Notes: generated by a model from the sequence alone, not told the origin. A stretch of 20,563 bases of DNA from Pseudomonadota bacterium (GCA_043825735.1 JBDRRP010000087.1:62001-82563); one strand, 5' to 3'; shown: positions 8,170 to 17,180, numbered from the stretch's first letter. Made by a program: numbers and translations.

Positions 8170-8538
8170 TTACCCGTTGAGCAATTCGCTGACCCGGCGC
8201 ACAACGGTGTTGTTGGAAAAGGGCTTGGTGATGTAGGCATCCGCGCCCAGGACCATTCCCTTGGCAATGTCGACTTCCCTGCCCTTGGCGGTGAGAAAAA
8301 TGATCCGGATGTCCTTCCAGGCGCTATTGAGCCGAACGATTTCACAGACCTCGTAACCGTCGATACCGGGGAGCATGATGTCGAGCAGTATCAGATCCGG
8401 TTGGAATTTGGAAATGCTTTCCAGCGCTTCTTCGCCGCTGTGGGCCACGGCTACCGAGTAGCCTTCGCGTTCCATGAGGAATTCGAGGGGAACCACGATG
8501 TTGGGTTCGTCATCGACGATGAGTACTTTAGGCGGCAT
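8170..8538 (-). CDS. Single-domain response regulator (receiver only)
   Basis: VLIVDDE, LLDIMLPGIDG (phospho-acceptor Asp), FLTAK and YITKPF. A TAATAATG junction links it to the exonuclease start. Confidence 0.95.
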   Translation of the reverse strand: MPPKVLIVDDEPNIVVPLEFLMEREGYSVAVAHSGEEALESISKFQPDLILLDIMLPGIDGYEVCEIVRLNSAWKDIRIIFLTAKGREVDIAKGMVLGADAYITKPFSNNTVVRRVSELLNG

Positions 8539-8739
8539 CAGATGGTCCCTGTCACCTGTCGCCTTAGGACCGGCTGCGGCTGACCTTCAAGAGATCGTGG
8601 CCGGCACGCGGGGCGGCATGAAAACGGTTTCTGACTGCAGCACTGAAAAATCCGGCAGATGCCGCCTGCCGGCCGGTGATAACGGGCGGTGCCATTATCC
8701 GGTTTGTATTGTGGGGTTCTTATATCTAATGATGAAGTG

Positions 8740-8782
8740 AGCCATGCGGTGGGGGCGACACAAACACCCCCACCGCGTGGTT
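8740..8782 (-). terminator. GC-rich hairpin after the acs-symporter-peptide genes (terminator or 3' stabiliser)
   Basis: Arms agccatgcggtgggggcg / cacccccaccgcgtggtt (18 bp, 3 non-Watson-Crick positions), 7 nt after the peptide stop. There is no clear U-tract. Confidence 0.55.
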
Positions 8783-8789
8783 AAGCGGT

Positions 8790-8876
8790 TTATCCGAAGA
8801 CGCCCCAGCCAAAGGCTGCGGTCCAGATGATGGAAAAGCCTACCAAGATAATCATCCACACATCTTCTTGTTTCAT
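8790..8876 (-). CDS. 28-aa single-TM small protein MKQEDVWMIILVGFSIIWTAAFGWGVFG
   Basis: ATG at 8876 with AGGAG about 7 nt upstream, TAA at 8790-8792, and an uninterrupted hydrophobic stretch. It lies between the symporter stop and a hairpin and is too short for the ORF track. Confidence 0.72.
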   Translation of the reverse strand: MKQEDVWMIILVGFSIIWTAAFGWGVFG

Positions 8877-8915
8877 AGTATTTCTCCTAGACCAGTAGTT
8901 GGCAGTGACGATCGA

Positions 8916-10709
8916 CTAATTCTCGACCACTTCCATGGTTTCCTCGTCTGCCCGCCGGCATTGCTCAACGGTCGTGGTGGCCATTTCTGCTTTAAAGCAG
9001 AGCGCCCACATCATCACGATACCGATGATCCACCAGACAATCTGCCAGGACCACAGCGGCGGGAAGCCGGAGATGGAGAAGGCCGTGTTGCCGAGGATAC
9101 AGGCAGGACCAATGGCGAAGAAGTACCATACCGGCACGAAGATCTTCATGATGCCGCGCCATTTCTTGCCCGATTCGCTGGGCTCGTCAACACTGTCCAG
9201 CCAACTGCGGACTTCCGCCTGGCGCTGGATGGTCTCTTCGTCGTCTTTCATGCCGATGCCGCGGCAGATGTAGGCCACGACCAGACCCGTGAACGTCCCC
9301 CAGAACGCGCAGTGCATGGACAGGGGGGACGGGAACACGGAGTAAGTGACGTAGACCGCGATCATGCCTGCTAGAACGCCCAGGACGGCGCCGATGGCAG
9401 GGAACCGGAAACCCCAGATGACACCCAGCAACAGCACGTACATGACGAAGCCGTAGGCGGTAGCCAGCGCCCCCAGAATAACCAGGGCGGCTGTCGATGT
9501 GAGACCGACCGCCAGGGCAGCAATGGTCAGAACGGTGGCCAGAAGACGGTTTACCCAGATCTGCTCGGCATCGCTGCATTTCTTTTTCTTGATGTAGCGC
9601 CAGTAGATGTCGCGCAGCAGAATGGAGCCGCCGGTGCCGATGTAAGGCGCCGCCGTGGAGTGAATGGCGGCGATGGCGCCGATGAAAACGACCCCCAGCA
9701 TGAAGGGCGGCAGGAACTGCTGCATCAGGATCGGCACCGTGGTTCGGTTGTTGAGGCCCTTGAAGATTTCGATCTGCTCAGGCGTAAGGCCGGCGCCGGT
9801 GGTCTGCAGAACGCGCGCGCCCATGCCCTGGAAGGCCGTGAAGTAAAACAGGGCGAAGCCGACTACGAAGGTGGACATGAAGGCCTGCTGCCAGGCCAGG
9901 GGTTTGGGGCTCTTGATGCCGAACGTCCACATGGTGAAGGCCGGGGATGACTGGATCCCCATGAGGGCGAACATGTAGGTGAGAATCATCACCGATGTCC
10001 ATCCGCCCTTGAGGCCGAAGTGGATGACTTTCGGCACTTCGAGGTACTTGGTTTCGAGCTTCATGATCTCGCTTGAAAAACTGCTCCAGCCACCCATCTG
10101 GGCTAGGCAATAGGCCCCGAGGATGATGATGCCGCCCACCAATAGGACGAACTGAATCACGCCGACCCAGGTACTGGCCTTGAGACCGCCGGTGCAGACA
10201 TAAAACCAGACGATGAAGGCCAGAAAGAGGCAGCCGAAAGTGACCGGTACGCCGGCGATGACGTTGAACAAAGCGCCGGCGGCCATGAGCTGAACGGCCG
10301 AGTAGAATACGGAGTACAGGACGGCCGTCAACACGACGAGAAACCTTAAGAATTCATTGTTGAAATAGTACGCATACATGTCGCCGGGGGTGACGAACCC
10401 GTAGCGTTTGCCCAGCAGCCAGGTTCGTTTTGAGAAAAACGTACCGGTGATGGGAATGGTGAGGACGTAAAACGAGGCGAAGGCGTACGCCAGACCGTCT
10501 CGCCAGATCAGACCGGGGTGACCGATGAAGGTCCACCCGCTGAAGGAGGCAGCGGTGGCAGCCAAAAGAAATGCGAAAAACGGAATGGAACGGCCCGCGA
10601 TGGCGTAGCCCTGTGAGGACTTTTCTGTAAAATAACCCTTCAGTCCCCAGTAAAAGCAGTAGACGATGTAGATGCCCAGCATGATGTAAACCCAAGTGGT
10701 TCCACTCAT
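8916..10709 (-). CDS. Sodium:solute symporter (SSS) family protein, probable acetate/monocarboxylate permease
   Basis: SSS motifs YAIAGR, ASFSGWTFIGHPG, YVCTGGLKA and AAIHSTA, many TM helices, and a GGAGG RBS. The substrate is inferred from adjacency to acs. Confidence 0.9.
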   Translation of the reverse strand: MSGTTWVYIMLGIYIVYCFYWGLKGYFTEKSSQGYAIAGRSIPFFAFLLAATAASFSGWTFIGHPGLIWRDGLAYAFASFYVLTIPITGTFFSKRTWLLGKRYGFVTPGDMYAYYFNNEFLRFLVVLTAVLYSVFYSAVQLMAAGALFNVIAGVPVTFGCLFLAFIVWFYVCTGGLKASTWVGVIQFVLLVGGIIILGAYCLAQMGGWSSFSSEIMKLETKYLEVPKVIHFGLKGGWTSVMILTYMFALMGIQSSPAFTMWTFGIKSPKPLAWQQAFMSTFVVGFALFYFTAFQGMGARVLQTTGAGLTPEQIEIFKGLNNRTTVPILMQQFLPPFMLGVVFIGAIAAIHSTAAPYIGTGGSILLRDIYWRYIKKKKCSDAEQIWVNRLLATVLTIAALAVGLTSTAALVILGALATAYGFVMYVLLLGVIWGFRFPAIGAVLGVLAGMIAVYVTYSVFPSPLSMHCAFWGTFTGLVVAYICRGIGMKDDEETIQRQAEVRSWLDSVDEPSESGKKWRGIMKIFVPVWYFFAIGPACILGNTAFSISGFPPLWSWQIVWWIIGIVMMWALCFKAEMATTTVEQCRRADEETMEVVEN

Positions 10710-10865
10710 AACTTCCCTCCTGTGGCAAATGTCGGTAAAGGTGACCGGTTAACCGGTTAGGACGGTTTTGCGTGTCACACCCTGCAGTACTACCACCTCC
10801 TTTCTATGCGCATTGATGAGGTCTCGTTCAAGATGACCTTTTTACTTGTGAAGCGGTGCCGGCAG

Positions 10866-10911
10866 TGCCGGCCGCCGCGGTGCCTCCGAAGGGGCGCCGC
10901 AGCAGCCGGCA
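10866..10911 (-). other. Stable intercistronic hairpin with cUUCGg tetraloop just after acs
   Basis: Minus strand reads tgccggctgctgcggcgcccc-TTCG-gaggcaccgcggcggccggca: a 21-bp stem with 2 G-U pairs and 2 mismatches, and no U-tract. Confidence 0.6.
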
Positions 10912-10926
10912 TCGTTCGGAGTGGTG

Positions 10927-12957
10927 TTATTTAGCCATTTTCTGGATGTGCTCCACGATCTCCGGGTTGGCCAGGGTGGTTACATCACCCACGTCACCGT
11001 TGTTGGAGATGGCGCCAAGAACCCGGCGCATGATCTTTCCGGACCGGGTTTTGGGCATGTCCGGAACGATCCACACTTTTCTCGGTTTGGCGATGGGGCC
11101 GATCTCCGTGGCCAGTGCCTTGGAGATTCTGGCGGCCAGCTCGGCCGTTGCTTCGAATCCGGGTTTGAGCGCCACGTACAGATCGGGCACAACGCCCTTG
11201 ATCTCGTCTCTGACCGGAACCACGGCGGCTTCCGCTACTTCTTTCACCGTCAGTGCCGCAGACTCCAGTTCCTTTGTGCCCAGCCGGTGGCCGGAGACGT
11301 TGATGACGTCGTCAATACGTCCCAGGATCCGGTAGTAGCCGTCCGGTCCTTCTACGGCGGCATCGCCGGTGAGATAGGGCCAGTCCTGCCATCTTTTGCT
11401 CTTGGGGTCCTTGCAGTAGCGCTCGAAATACGTACTCACGAAGCGATCGCGGTTGCCCCAGATGGTCTGAAACATGCCCGGCCAGGGGTTCTGAATGCAG
11501 ATATTACCGGCCTTTCCGGCGCCCCGGGGCAGTTCCTTGCCCTCGTCATCGTAAATGATGGGGTGAATGCCGGGCATGCCGGGTCCGGCGCTGCCGGGCT
11601 TCATGGGTTTCAAGGCCGGCAGGGTGCTGCAGAGGAAGCCGCCGGTCTCTGTCTGCCACCAGGTGTCCACGATGATGGCTTCCTTCTTTCCGACGAATTC
11701 ATAGTACCATTTCCAAACGGCGGGCTCGATGGGCTCACCCACGGTGGTCATATGCTTGAAGTGGTAATTGTATTTGGCGGGCTCGAGTGGACCGACTTTC
11801 CGCAGCGCCCGAATTGCGGTGGGGGCGGTGTGGAAAATGTTGACATCCAGGTCCTGGGCGATGCGCCAGCAGCGGCCGGCATCCGGATAGGTGGGGATGC
11901 CTTCATAAATGACCGATGAGGCGGCCAGCGCCAGCGGGCCGTAAACGATGTAGGAGTGTCCCGTGATCCACCCGATATCGGCCATGCACCAGTACACGTC
12001 TTCGGGATGGATGTCCTGGACGAACTTGGAAGTGCCCGTGACATAGGACAGATAGCCGCCGGTGCCGTGCTGGCACCCCTTGGGCTTGCCGGTGGTGCCG
12101 CTGGTATACATGAGAAAGAGCGGATCCTCGGCGTTCATGCGTTCGGGCTCCACGCGGACCCCGTAAAAGTCTTTGAGCTTCTCGTTGACGAAATAGTCGC
12201 GGCCGTCCACCATGGGTGTCGGGGCCGAATACTTGCCGGCATATCGCTGCCAGACCAGGACCTTGTCCACGACCTGGCCATCTTTGGCCGCCAGTTCGCA
12301 GGCCACGTCGGCCTTTTCCTTGTGATCCAGAAGGCCGCCGCCGCGGTAGTAGGCGTCGATGGTGATAAGCACCCGACTTCCGGAGTCGACGACCCGGTCG
12401 GCTGCCGCCCGGCCGCTGAAGCCGCCGAACACCTGGGAATGGATAACGCCCAGACGGGCGCAGGCCAGCATGGTGATGGGCAGCTCGGGAGTCATGGGCA
12501 GGTGGAGCGTGACCCGGTCGCCGCGTTTCAAGCCGGCAAAATCACGGAGCAGCGCAGCCATTTCATTCACCCGCACATAGAGCTCTTGATAGGTGATGTG
12601 CTCCACCTTCTCCTCTTCAAGTTCGGGCACGAAGTGGAGCGCGGTCTTATTTTTGTGTTTTGCGAGGTGTCGGTCGATGCAGTTGAAACTGGCGTTGATC
12701 TGCCCTCCCTTGAACCACTTGTAGCAGGGGGCGTCGCTGGTATCGAGGATATCGTCCCAGTACTTGTACCAGGTCAGCAGATCGGCGTACTCTTTAAAGC
12801 AATTGGGAAAATTATCCAGGCTGAACCGGTCGTATATTCCCATGTCGGTCATGTTCGCCTGGGCGATAAAATCTACTGAAGGGTACACCAGATTTTCTTC
12901 CTGCCAGTGGACGGCTATCTGCGCTTCTGAAGTTTCGACGACTTCTCTTTCGGCCAT
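10927..12957 (-). CDS. acs: Acetate--CoA ligase (AMP-forming acetyl-CoA synthetase), about 676 aa
   Basis: YTSGTTGKPKG, ADIGWITGHSY, DTWWQTETGG, GRIDDVINVSGHRLGT and PKTRSGKIMRR (acetylation-site Lys). ATG at 12957 follows GGAGG. Confidence 0.96.
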   Translation of the reverse strand: MAEREVVETSEAQIAVHWQEENLVYPSVDFIAQANMTDMGIYDRFSLDNFPNCFKEYADLLTWYKYWDDILDTSDAPCYKWFKGGQINASFNCIDRHLAKHKNKTALHFVPELEEEKVEHITYQELYVRVNEMAALLRDFAGLKRGDRVTLHLPMTPELPITMLACARLGVIHSQVFGGFSGRAAADRVVDSGSRVLITIDAYYRGGGLLDHKEKADVACELAAKDGQVVDKVLVWQRYAGKYSAPTPMVDGRDYFVNEKLKDFYGVRVEPERMNAEDPLFLMYTSGTTGKPKGCQHGTGGYLSYVTGTSKFVQDIHPEDVYWCMADIGWITGHSYIVYGPLALAASSVIYEGIPTYPDAGRCWRIAQDLDVNIFHTAPTAIRALRKVGPLEPAKYNYHFKHMTTVGEPIEPAVWKWYYEFVGKKEAIIVDTWWQTETGGFLCSTLPALKPMKPGSAGPGMPGIHPIIYDDEGKELPRGAGKAGNICIQNPWPGMFQTIWGNRDRFVSTYFERYCKDPKSKRWQDWPYLTGDAAVEGPDGYYRILGRIDDVINVSGHRLGTKELESAALTVKEVAEAAVVPVRDEIKGVVPDLYVALKPGFEATAELAARISKALATEIGPIAKPRKVWIVPDMPKTRSGKIMRRVLGAISNNGDVGDVTTLANPEIVEHIQKMAK

Positions 12958-13172
12958 AAATCCCTCCCTCTCAAAGCAGTTATTGAAAAAAACGATAAGG
13001 TGGTGGATCAACGGGGTGAGGCGCTAGGCATCCCTCCTTTCCAGCAGTGCATCGATAGTGAATAGTTCGTGTTGTAAACCGACCGAGCTGATCGCCCCAA
13101 GGCCCAACTGCCCGACACAGTAACGGCGGTTACCGGTATCCGTGGCCTTAAATATAAAGCGGTAATCGGGTA

Positions 13173-13823
13173 TCATGGCAAATCCGGTATCGGAGATGTT
13201 TTCATTCCGCGTTCAAGGATCTCGAAAGCGATGTCGAGTGTCTGCCTGAGAAAATCTTTACGCTCGTTAAAAACTTTTTTACTTTCCTCCCAGAGGACCA
13301 CGCCGGAGAAAAGGCTCCATGTGATGTCAGACAAGGCGCTGGGTGAGCCAAAGATGTTTTTGTCGGTGGTCGAGAGATGGCGGTAGATACTGGTCATGCT
13401 CGCGATGGACGAATCGGATAGATTCTGAATGTTCTCCAACAAGTCCGGAGAAAGGCTTTTCAGCGTTTCGCTCGATTGGAGATGAAACATGTTTATCAGC
13501 ACCAGCGGATCGAATTCATAAACATCCAACATGGCCTCTTTCAATGATGTTAAGGCTTCGTTCGTGGAAATGGATGTGTCCGTATCCAGTTGTTCCAGCC
13601 TTATATTAAGGTATTTGAGTACCCTGAGAGACAGAGAGGCATACAGTTCGTCTTTGTTCTTGAAATACAGATACAGCGTCCCTGGGCTGAGCTCGGCCTC
13701 TGTGGCGATGTCTTCCATGGTGGATTTATTAAACCCTTTTTCAGCGAAGACATGCTTAGCGGCAACCATGATCTGCTGGCGCCGACGCTCCTTTTCCCGC
13801 TCTTTGCGCTCTTGTATTCCCAT
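13173..13823 (-). CDS. TetR/AcrR family transcriptional regulator
   Basis: N-terminal [43 protein letters not shown]. Confidence 0.95.
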   Translation of the reverse strand: MGIQERKEREKERRRQQIMVAAKHVFAEKGFNKSTMEDIATEAELSPGTLYLYFKNKDELYASLSLRVLKYLNIRLEQLDTDTSISTNEALTSLKEAMLDVYEFDPLVLINMFHLQSSETLKSLSPDLLENIQNLSDSSIASMTSIYRHLSTTDKNIFGSPSALSDITWSLFSGVVLWEESKKVFNERKDFLRQTLDIAFEILERGMKTSPIPDLP

Positions 13824-13855
13824 AATAGAATGAATGATATTTATTTCTTATAGGC

Positions 13856-13899
13856 TTTTAAATTACTTGGAATGAATTTGTCAAGTGCTTTTTATTCAT
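13856..13899 (-). promoter_or_regulatory. Possible sigma70 promoter of tetR with an overlapping inverted repeat
   Basis: TTGACA on the minus strand at 13884-13879 with an AT-rich, non-consensus -10. ATGAAT-N16-ATTCAT (13872-13899) brackets the -35. Confidence 0.35.
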
Positions 13900-14083
13900 A
13901 CTTTTATTCCAACCCACATTTTGTTATTATTTGGAATATCAAATTGACTGTCATATTTTGATCCTTTTGGTATATATTCCATTTCGCTGTATTTCTCGGA
14001 GGAATGATGATAGACACCGGGGGTATCGTGGACCTATGGACGTTGGGACGCGACCGCTTGCATGACGATTTCACTATGGAGAT

Positions 14084-14533
14084 ATGATGAACGCTTTTTG
14101 GGCCCATTTCCAGTCGTTCCCGTCCAGCGCCAAAAATGGCATCATCCTTTTGATCGCTGCCTGGTCTTGGCTGTTTTTTTCCATAAACAGGTTCTTTCTC
14201 CCCGGTGAGCTCCCGGAAAGAGTGCTGGCGGCCGGCATCATGGCCTGTATCATCATTTTCAAGGTCCGAAGTTGGGCCCGGGTGTTGTGCATCCTTGGCA
14301 ATGCACTGGCCATTTTGGCGCACATCCAGTTTGCTTATCATTTCTTCATGGTGGGTGACTCCGTCAAAGCCTTTGCCGCGGTCATCACCATCGTACTGTT
14401 CAGTGCCTCCACAATTTATCTGGGGGTGCCTCAGACGGCAGGTTTTTATAAAAAACACACGCCTGATCCTGCAGCCGCACTGGAAGGGAAAAACGATCCC
14501 CAAGAGGGTGGGCCGTCGGTTGATGCCAAGTGA
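14084..14533 (+). CDS. Hypothetical integral membrane protein (about 4 TM)
   Basis: Four hydrophobic segments and a polar tail. GGAG at 14078-14081; the true start may be the second ATG at 14087. Confidence 0.75.
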   Translation: MMNAFWAHFQSFPSSAKNGIILLIAAWSWLFFSINRFFLPGELPERVLAAGIMACIIIFKVRSWARVLCILGNALAILAHIQFAYHFFMVGDSVKAFAAVITIVLFSASTIYLGVPQTAGFYKKHTPDPAAALEGKNDPQEGGPSVDAK

Positions 14534-14577
14534 ACAAAATTGGTGATTGATTACCATCAACGTGATGTGAGGTGAGC

Positions 14578-14814
14578 ATGGCAGTTGAAGAACGAGATGT
14601 GAGTTGCGCCTGCGGTAACACCTATCCTTCCAGCCTGAGCGTCAATTGGTGCCCCAAATGCGGCAAGCGGGTTTTCGATACGGAAAAGGAACGGCGACGT
14701 CACAAAGTCAGCACCTACTATTATTACGGTATTTCACTCGTGGCCGTCTCAGCCCTGACCTATTTTTTCGTCGAACTGATTCTCATACCGATTTTTACCA
14801 TGACCGCACAATAG
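14578..14814 (+). CDS. Small zinc-ribbon protein with C-terminal TM helix, 78 aa
   Basis: CACG...WCPKCG followed by a hydrophobic helix. GAGGTG RBS precedes ATG 14578. Confidence 0.75.
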   Translation: MAVEERDVSCACGNTYPSSLSVNWCPKCGKRVFDTEKERRRHKVSTYYYYGISLVAVSALTYFFVELILIPIFTMTAQ

Positions 14815-14834
14815 CCCCATGAAGGTAGATTAAG

Positions 14835-14951
14835 CCGTAGAAAAGCAATTTTCTCGCAAAGACGCTAAGCGCGCCAAGAAAACCTCCATTAATATTAGTG
14901 TGTTGTCTTTGCGATCTTTGCGGCTTTGAGAGAGATCCCGACTTTTTACGG
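14835..14951. repeat. REP/MITE-like palindrome built of CGCAAAG-type units
   Basis: tctcgcaaagacgctaagcgcgccaagaaaac ... gttgtctttgcgatctttgcggctttgagaga, with outer ends ccgtagaaaag / actttttacgg. It lies between convergent genes. Confidence 0.7.
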
Positions 14952-14979
14952 AGAAACTCGCTAGTGTGATGGACGGCGA

Positions 14980-15945
14980 TCAGTCAGCAGATCGGTCCAG
15001 AATGCGGCTGAGATGGCGGGATGACACCTTCTCCTTCAATTCCTCCAGTTGGCGATTCAGCGCCTCGATAGATGTGAAGGAAAGGGTCATCGTGTAGGCG
15101 GTCCCTTCGAAAAACGGCGGCGCATCCAAGCGGATACCCTGCCCCAGCGTCAATAATTTGAGGCATTTGTTGAATTCCGCCTCGGCTGCCACGAGCCCCG
15201 GGTAGCGCATGCGTTTCAGCTGCCGGCGCAGACCGTGTGTTTTCGCACCGATATCGGTATCTGCGTTGTCCAGCAGCCCTCTCAATTCCGGCCCTTCCAG
15301 AATCTGCCCGATGGTCTGACCATCTCTGCGAGAAAGGTCGCGGCATATCCCCAGGACCTCTCTTTGTCGGCTCAGACTTAAACGCAAATCGGCGAACAAC
15401 CTGCCCAGAGTTTCCCCGTCAGCCGGTTCCAACGTCCCCAGCTCAAGAGCCATCGCCGTGCCGACGACGCTGCGCTGCAATAGTTGTTGGATGTCGGGGG
15501 GCAGCGCGGCCAACGCGAGTTGCATATCCAACCAGGCGGGATTGTCAGGAAGCATCAGGGCATTCAGGCATTCCCGGACGACCCCGGGATCGGTGATCCG
15601 GTCGCGCAGCAGTTTAACCGATCGGGCCATTTCGACGGGGTTGAGTGAGCGCTGAGTGCTGTTGTCGCCGATGGCCAGAAGGCAACGGCACCGGTCGCTC
15701 AAATCCCTTTCAGGGGTAACCCTGGCGATGATTTCAGTGTGGCCCAGTAAACGGCAAGCAGCGATTCTCCGGAACCCGGAGAGGATGATGAGCGGTCCCC
15801 CACAATCCATAAGCCGGATGGGATGGAGCTGCCCGATGCTGCGGATACTCTCCGATAACCGGTCATCGCGCTCGGTAGATATCCGGTAGGTAACATCCTC
15901 GGCATCGATACGGGACAGGGCTATCGATCGTATGTCACGGGGCAT
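14980..15945 (-). CDS. ParB/Srx N-terminal domain protein
   Basis: [26 protein letters not shown] and [14 protein letters not shown]. Its start overlaps the purC end by 11 nt. Confidence 0.85.
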   Translation of the reverse strand: MPRDIRSIALSRIDAEDVTYRISTERDDRLSESIRSIGQLHPIRLMDCGGPLIILSGFRRIAACRLLGHTEIIARVTPERDLSDRCRCLLAIGDNSTQRSLNPVEMARSVKLLRDRITDPGVVRECLNALMLPDNPAWLDMQLALAALPPDIQQLLQRSVVGTAMALELGTLEPADGETLGRLFADLRLSLSRQREVLGICRDLSRRDGQTIGQILEGPELRGLLDNADTDIGAKTHGLRRQLKRMRYPGLVAAEAEFNKCLKLLTLGQGIRLDAPPFFEGTAYTMTLSFTSIEALNRQLEELKEKVSSRHLSRILDRSAD

Positions 15946-16831
15946 AGGAACGGCCGGTGAGCTGCGTATAGGCCTCTCTGTATTTTGCCTGCGTGTTGTC
16001 GATCACTTCCTTGGGCAGGCGCGGGCCGGGGGCTTTCTTGTCCCAGTCGAGGGTGAGCAGATAGTCTCGAACATATTGCTTGTCGAAGCTTTTCTGACCG
16101 CCGCCAGGCATATAACTGGCGCTGGGCCAGAATCGGCTGGAATCGGGCGTCAGTACTTCGTCGATGAGAATCAACTCACCGTCGAGGAGCCCGAACTCAA
16201 ATTTGGTGTCGGCGATAATAATGCCCTTCTCGCGGGCCAGCACTTCGCCCTTTCGGTAAATCGCCAGGCTCAGGTCTCGGGCCTTTTCAGCCAATTCGCG
16301 GCCGACCCTTTTCACGGCGCCATCGAAATCGATATTCTCATCGTGCTCGCCGAGATCGGCTTTGGTAGAGGGTGTGAATATCGGCTCCGGGAGTTTCTCA
16401 GATTCCACCAGTCCTTCCGGGAGACGGATACCGCAGATGGCGCCGGTTTCTTTATAATCCTTCCAACCTGAGCCGGTGATATAGCCGCGCACCACGCATT
16501 CGATGGACAGGGGTGAGGCCTTTTTCACCAGCATACTACGGCCTTTCAGAACCTCTGCATAGGGCTGGCAACTCGCGGGGTAGTCGGCCACGTTACTGGT
16601 AATGACGTGGTTTGCAATGAGCTCGCTCATGGCAGAAAACCAGAACAAGGAGATCTGAGTGAGGATTTTTCCCTTACCGGGGACAGGGTCGGGCAGTACG
16701 ACATCAAAGGCTGAAATACGATCTGAAGCCACCATCAGCAGGGCGTCGCCCAGATCGTAGATATCACGCACTTTGCCGCGGGATCGTAGCGTCAGATTTT
16801 TAAAATCGGTGGTGACGACGGGGTTACTCAT
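15935..16831 (-). CDS. purC: Phosphoribosylaminoimidazole-succinocarboxamide (SAICAR) synthase
   Basis: [49 protein letters not shown] and SFDKQYVRD. Confidence 0.97.
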   Translation of the reverse strand: MSNPVVTTDFKNLTLRSRGKVRDIYDLGDALLMVASDRISAFDVVLPDPVPGKGKILTQISLFWFSAMSELIANHVITSNVADYPASCQPYAEVLKGRSMLVKKASPLSIECVVRGYITGSGWKDYKETGAICGIRLPEGLVESEKLPEPIFTPSTKADLGEHDENIDFDGAVKRVGRELAEKARDLSLAIYRKGEVLAREKGIIIADTKFEFGLLDGELILIDEVLTPDSSRFWPSASYMPGGGQKSFDKQYVRDYLLTLDWDKKAPGPRLPKEVIDNTQAKYREAYTQLTGRSYAP

Positions 16832-17180
16832 TGGGTGTCCCTTTGCCGCTCAGGGCGTGTATAAACCACTTCAGTTTCGGATAGGAGTCCGTTTCGACGG
16901 TGGCAAATTCGATGCCGGTTTCGTATTTTCCGGCCCCCATTGGTTTGGAATATACGGCATAGCCCTTGAGCTCAAGCAACTCGTCTTCCAAACCCAGCGT
17001 GATCACGAGCGGATCTCCCATGGGGACGTCAAATGTCGTTTCCAGCAGCATTCCCGATTCGGACAGGTTAAGCGTGCGCCCCATCCCCTGAACCGCGGCG
17101 TTGCCGTCTTCGGTCGCAAAGACGTGGGACAGGTTGAGGGAACGGATACGGGCGTGTCTGCGTTTGTTTTCTTCTGTCAT
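16824..17180 (-). CDS. Single-domain PilZ (c-di-GMP-binding) protein, about 118 aa
   Basis: RxxxR (KRRHAR) and (D/N)xSxxG (NLSESG) motifs. ATG at 17180 has a purine-rich RBS; the end overlaps the purC start by 8 nt. Confidence 0.85.
   Translation of the reverse strand: MTEENKRRHARIRSLNLSHVFATEDGNAAVQGMGRTLNLSESGMLLETTFDVPMGDPLVITLGLEDELLELKGYAVYSKPMGAGKYETGIEFATVETDSYPKLKWFIHALSGKGTPNE

Noticed and set aside
8564..8695. 43-aa minus-strand ORF MAPPVITGRQ...SRSRS
   Set aside because: No RBS and no recognisable features; more likely promoter/UTR of the receiver gene.
10741..10810. c-di-GMP-I (GEMM) riboswitch suggested by ACGCAAAACC...CCTAA on the minus strand
   Set aside because: The required upstream GGCAAAC stem with a GNRA tetraloop is absent.
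10856..12879. Long plus-strand ORFs antisense to acs, and similar ORFs opposite other genes
   Set aside because: Typical high-GC shadow ORFs with no motifs, fully overlapping well-supported genes.
12958..13011. Longer acs start (TTG at 13011)
   Set aside because: ATG 12957 has a well-spaced GGAGG, and the extension is atypical and lacks a properly spaced RBS.
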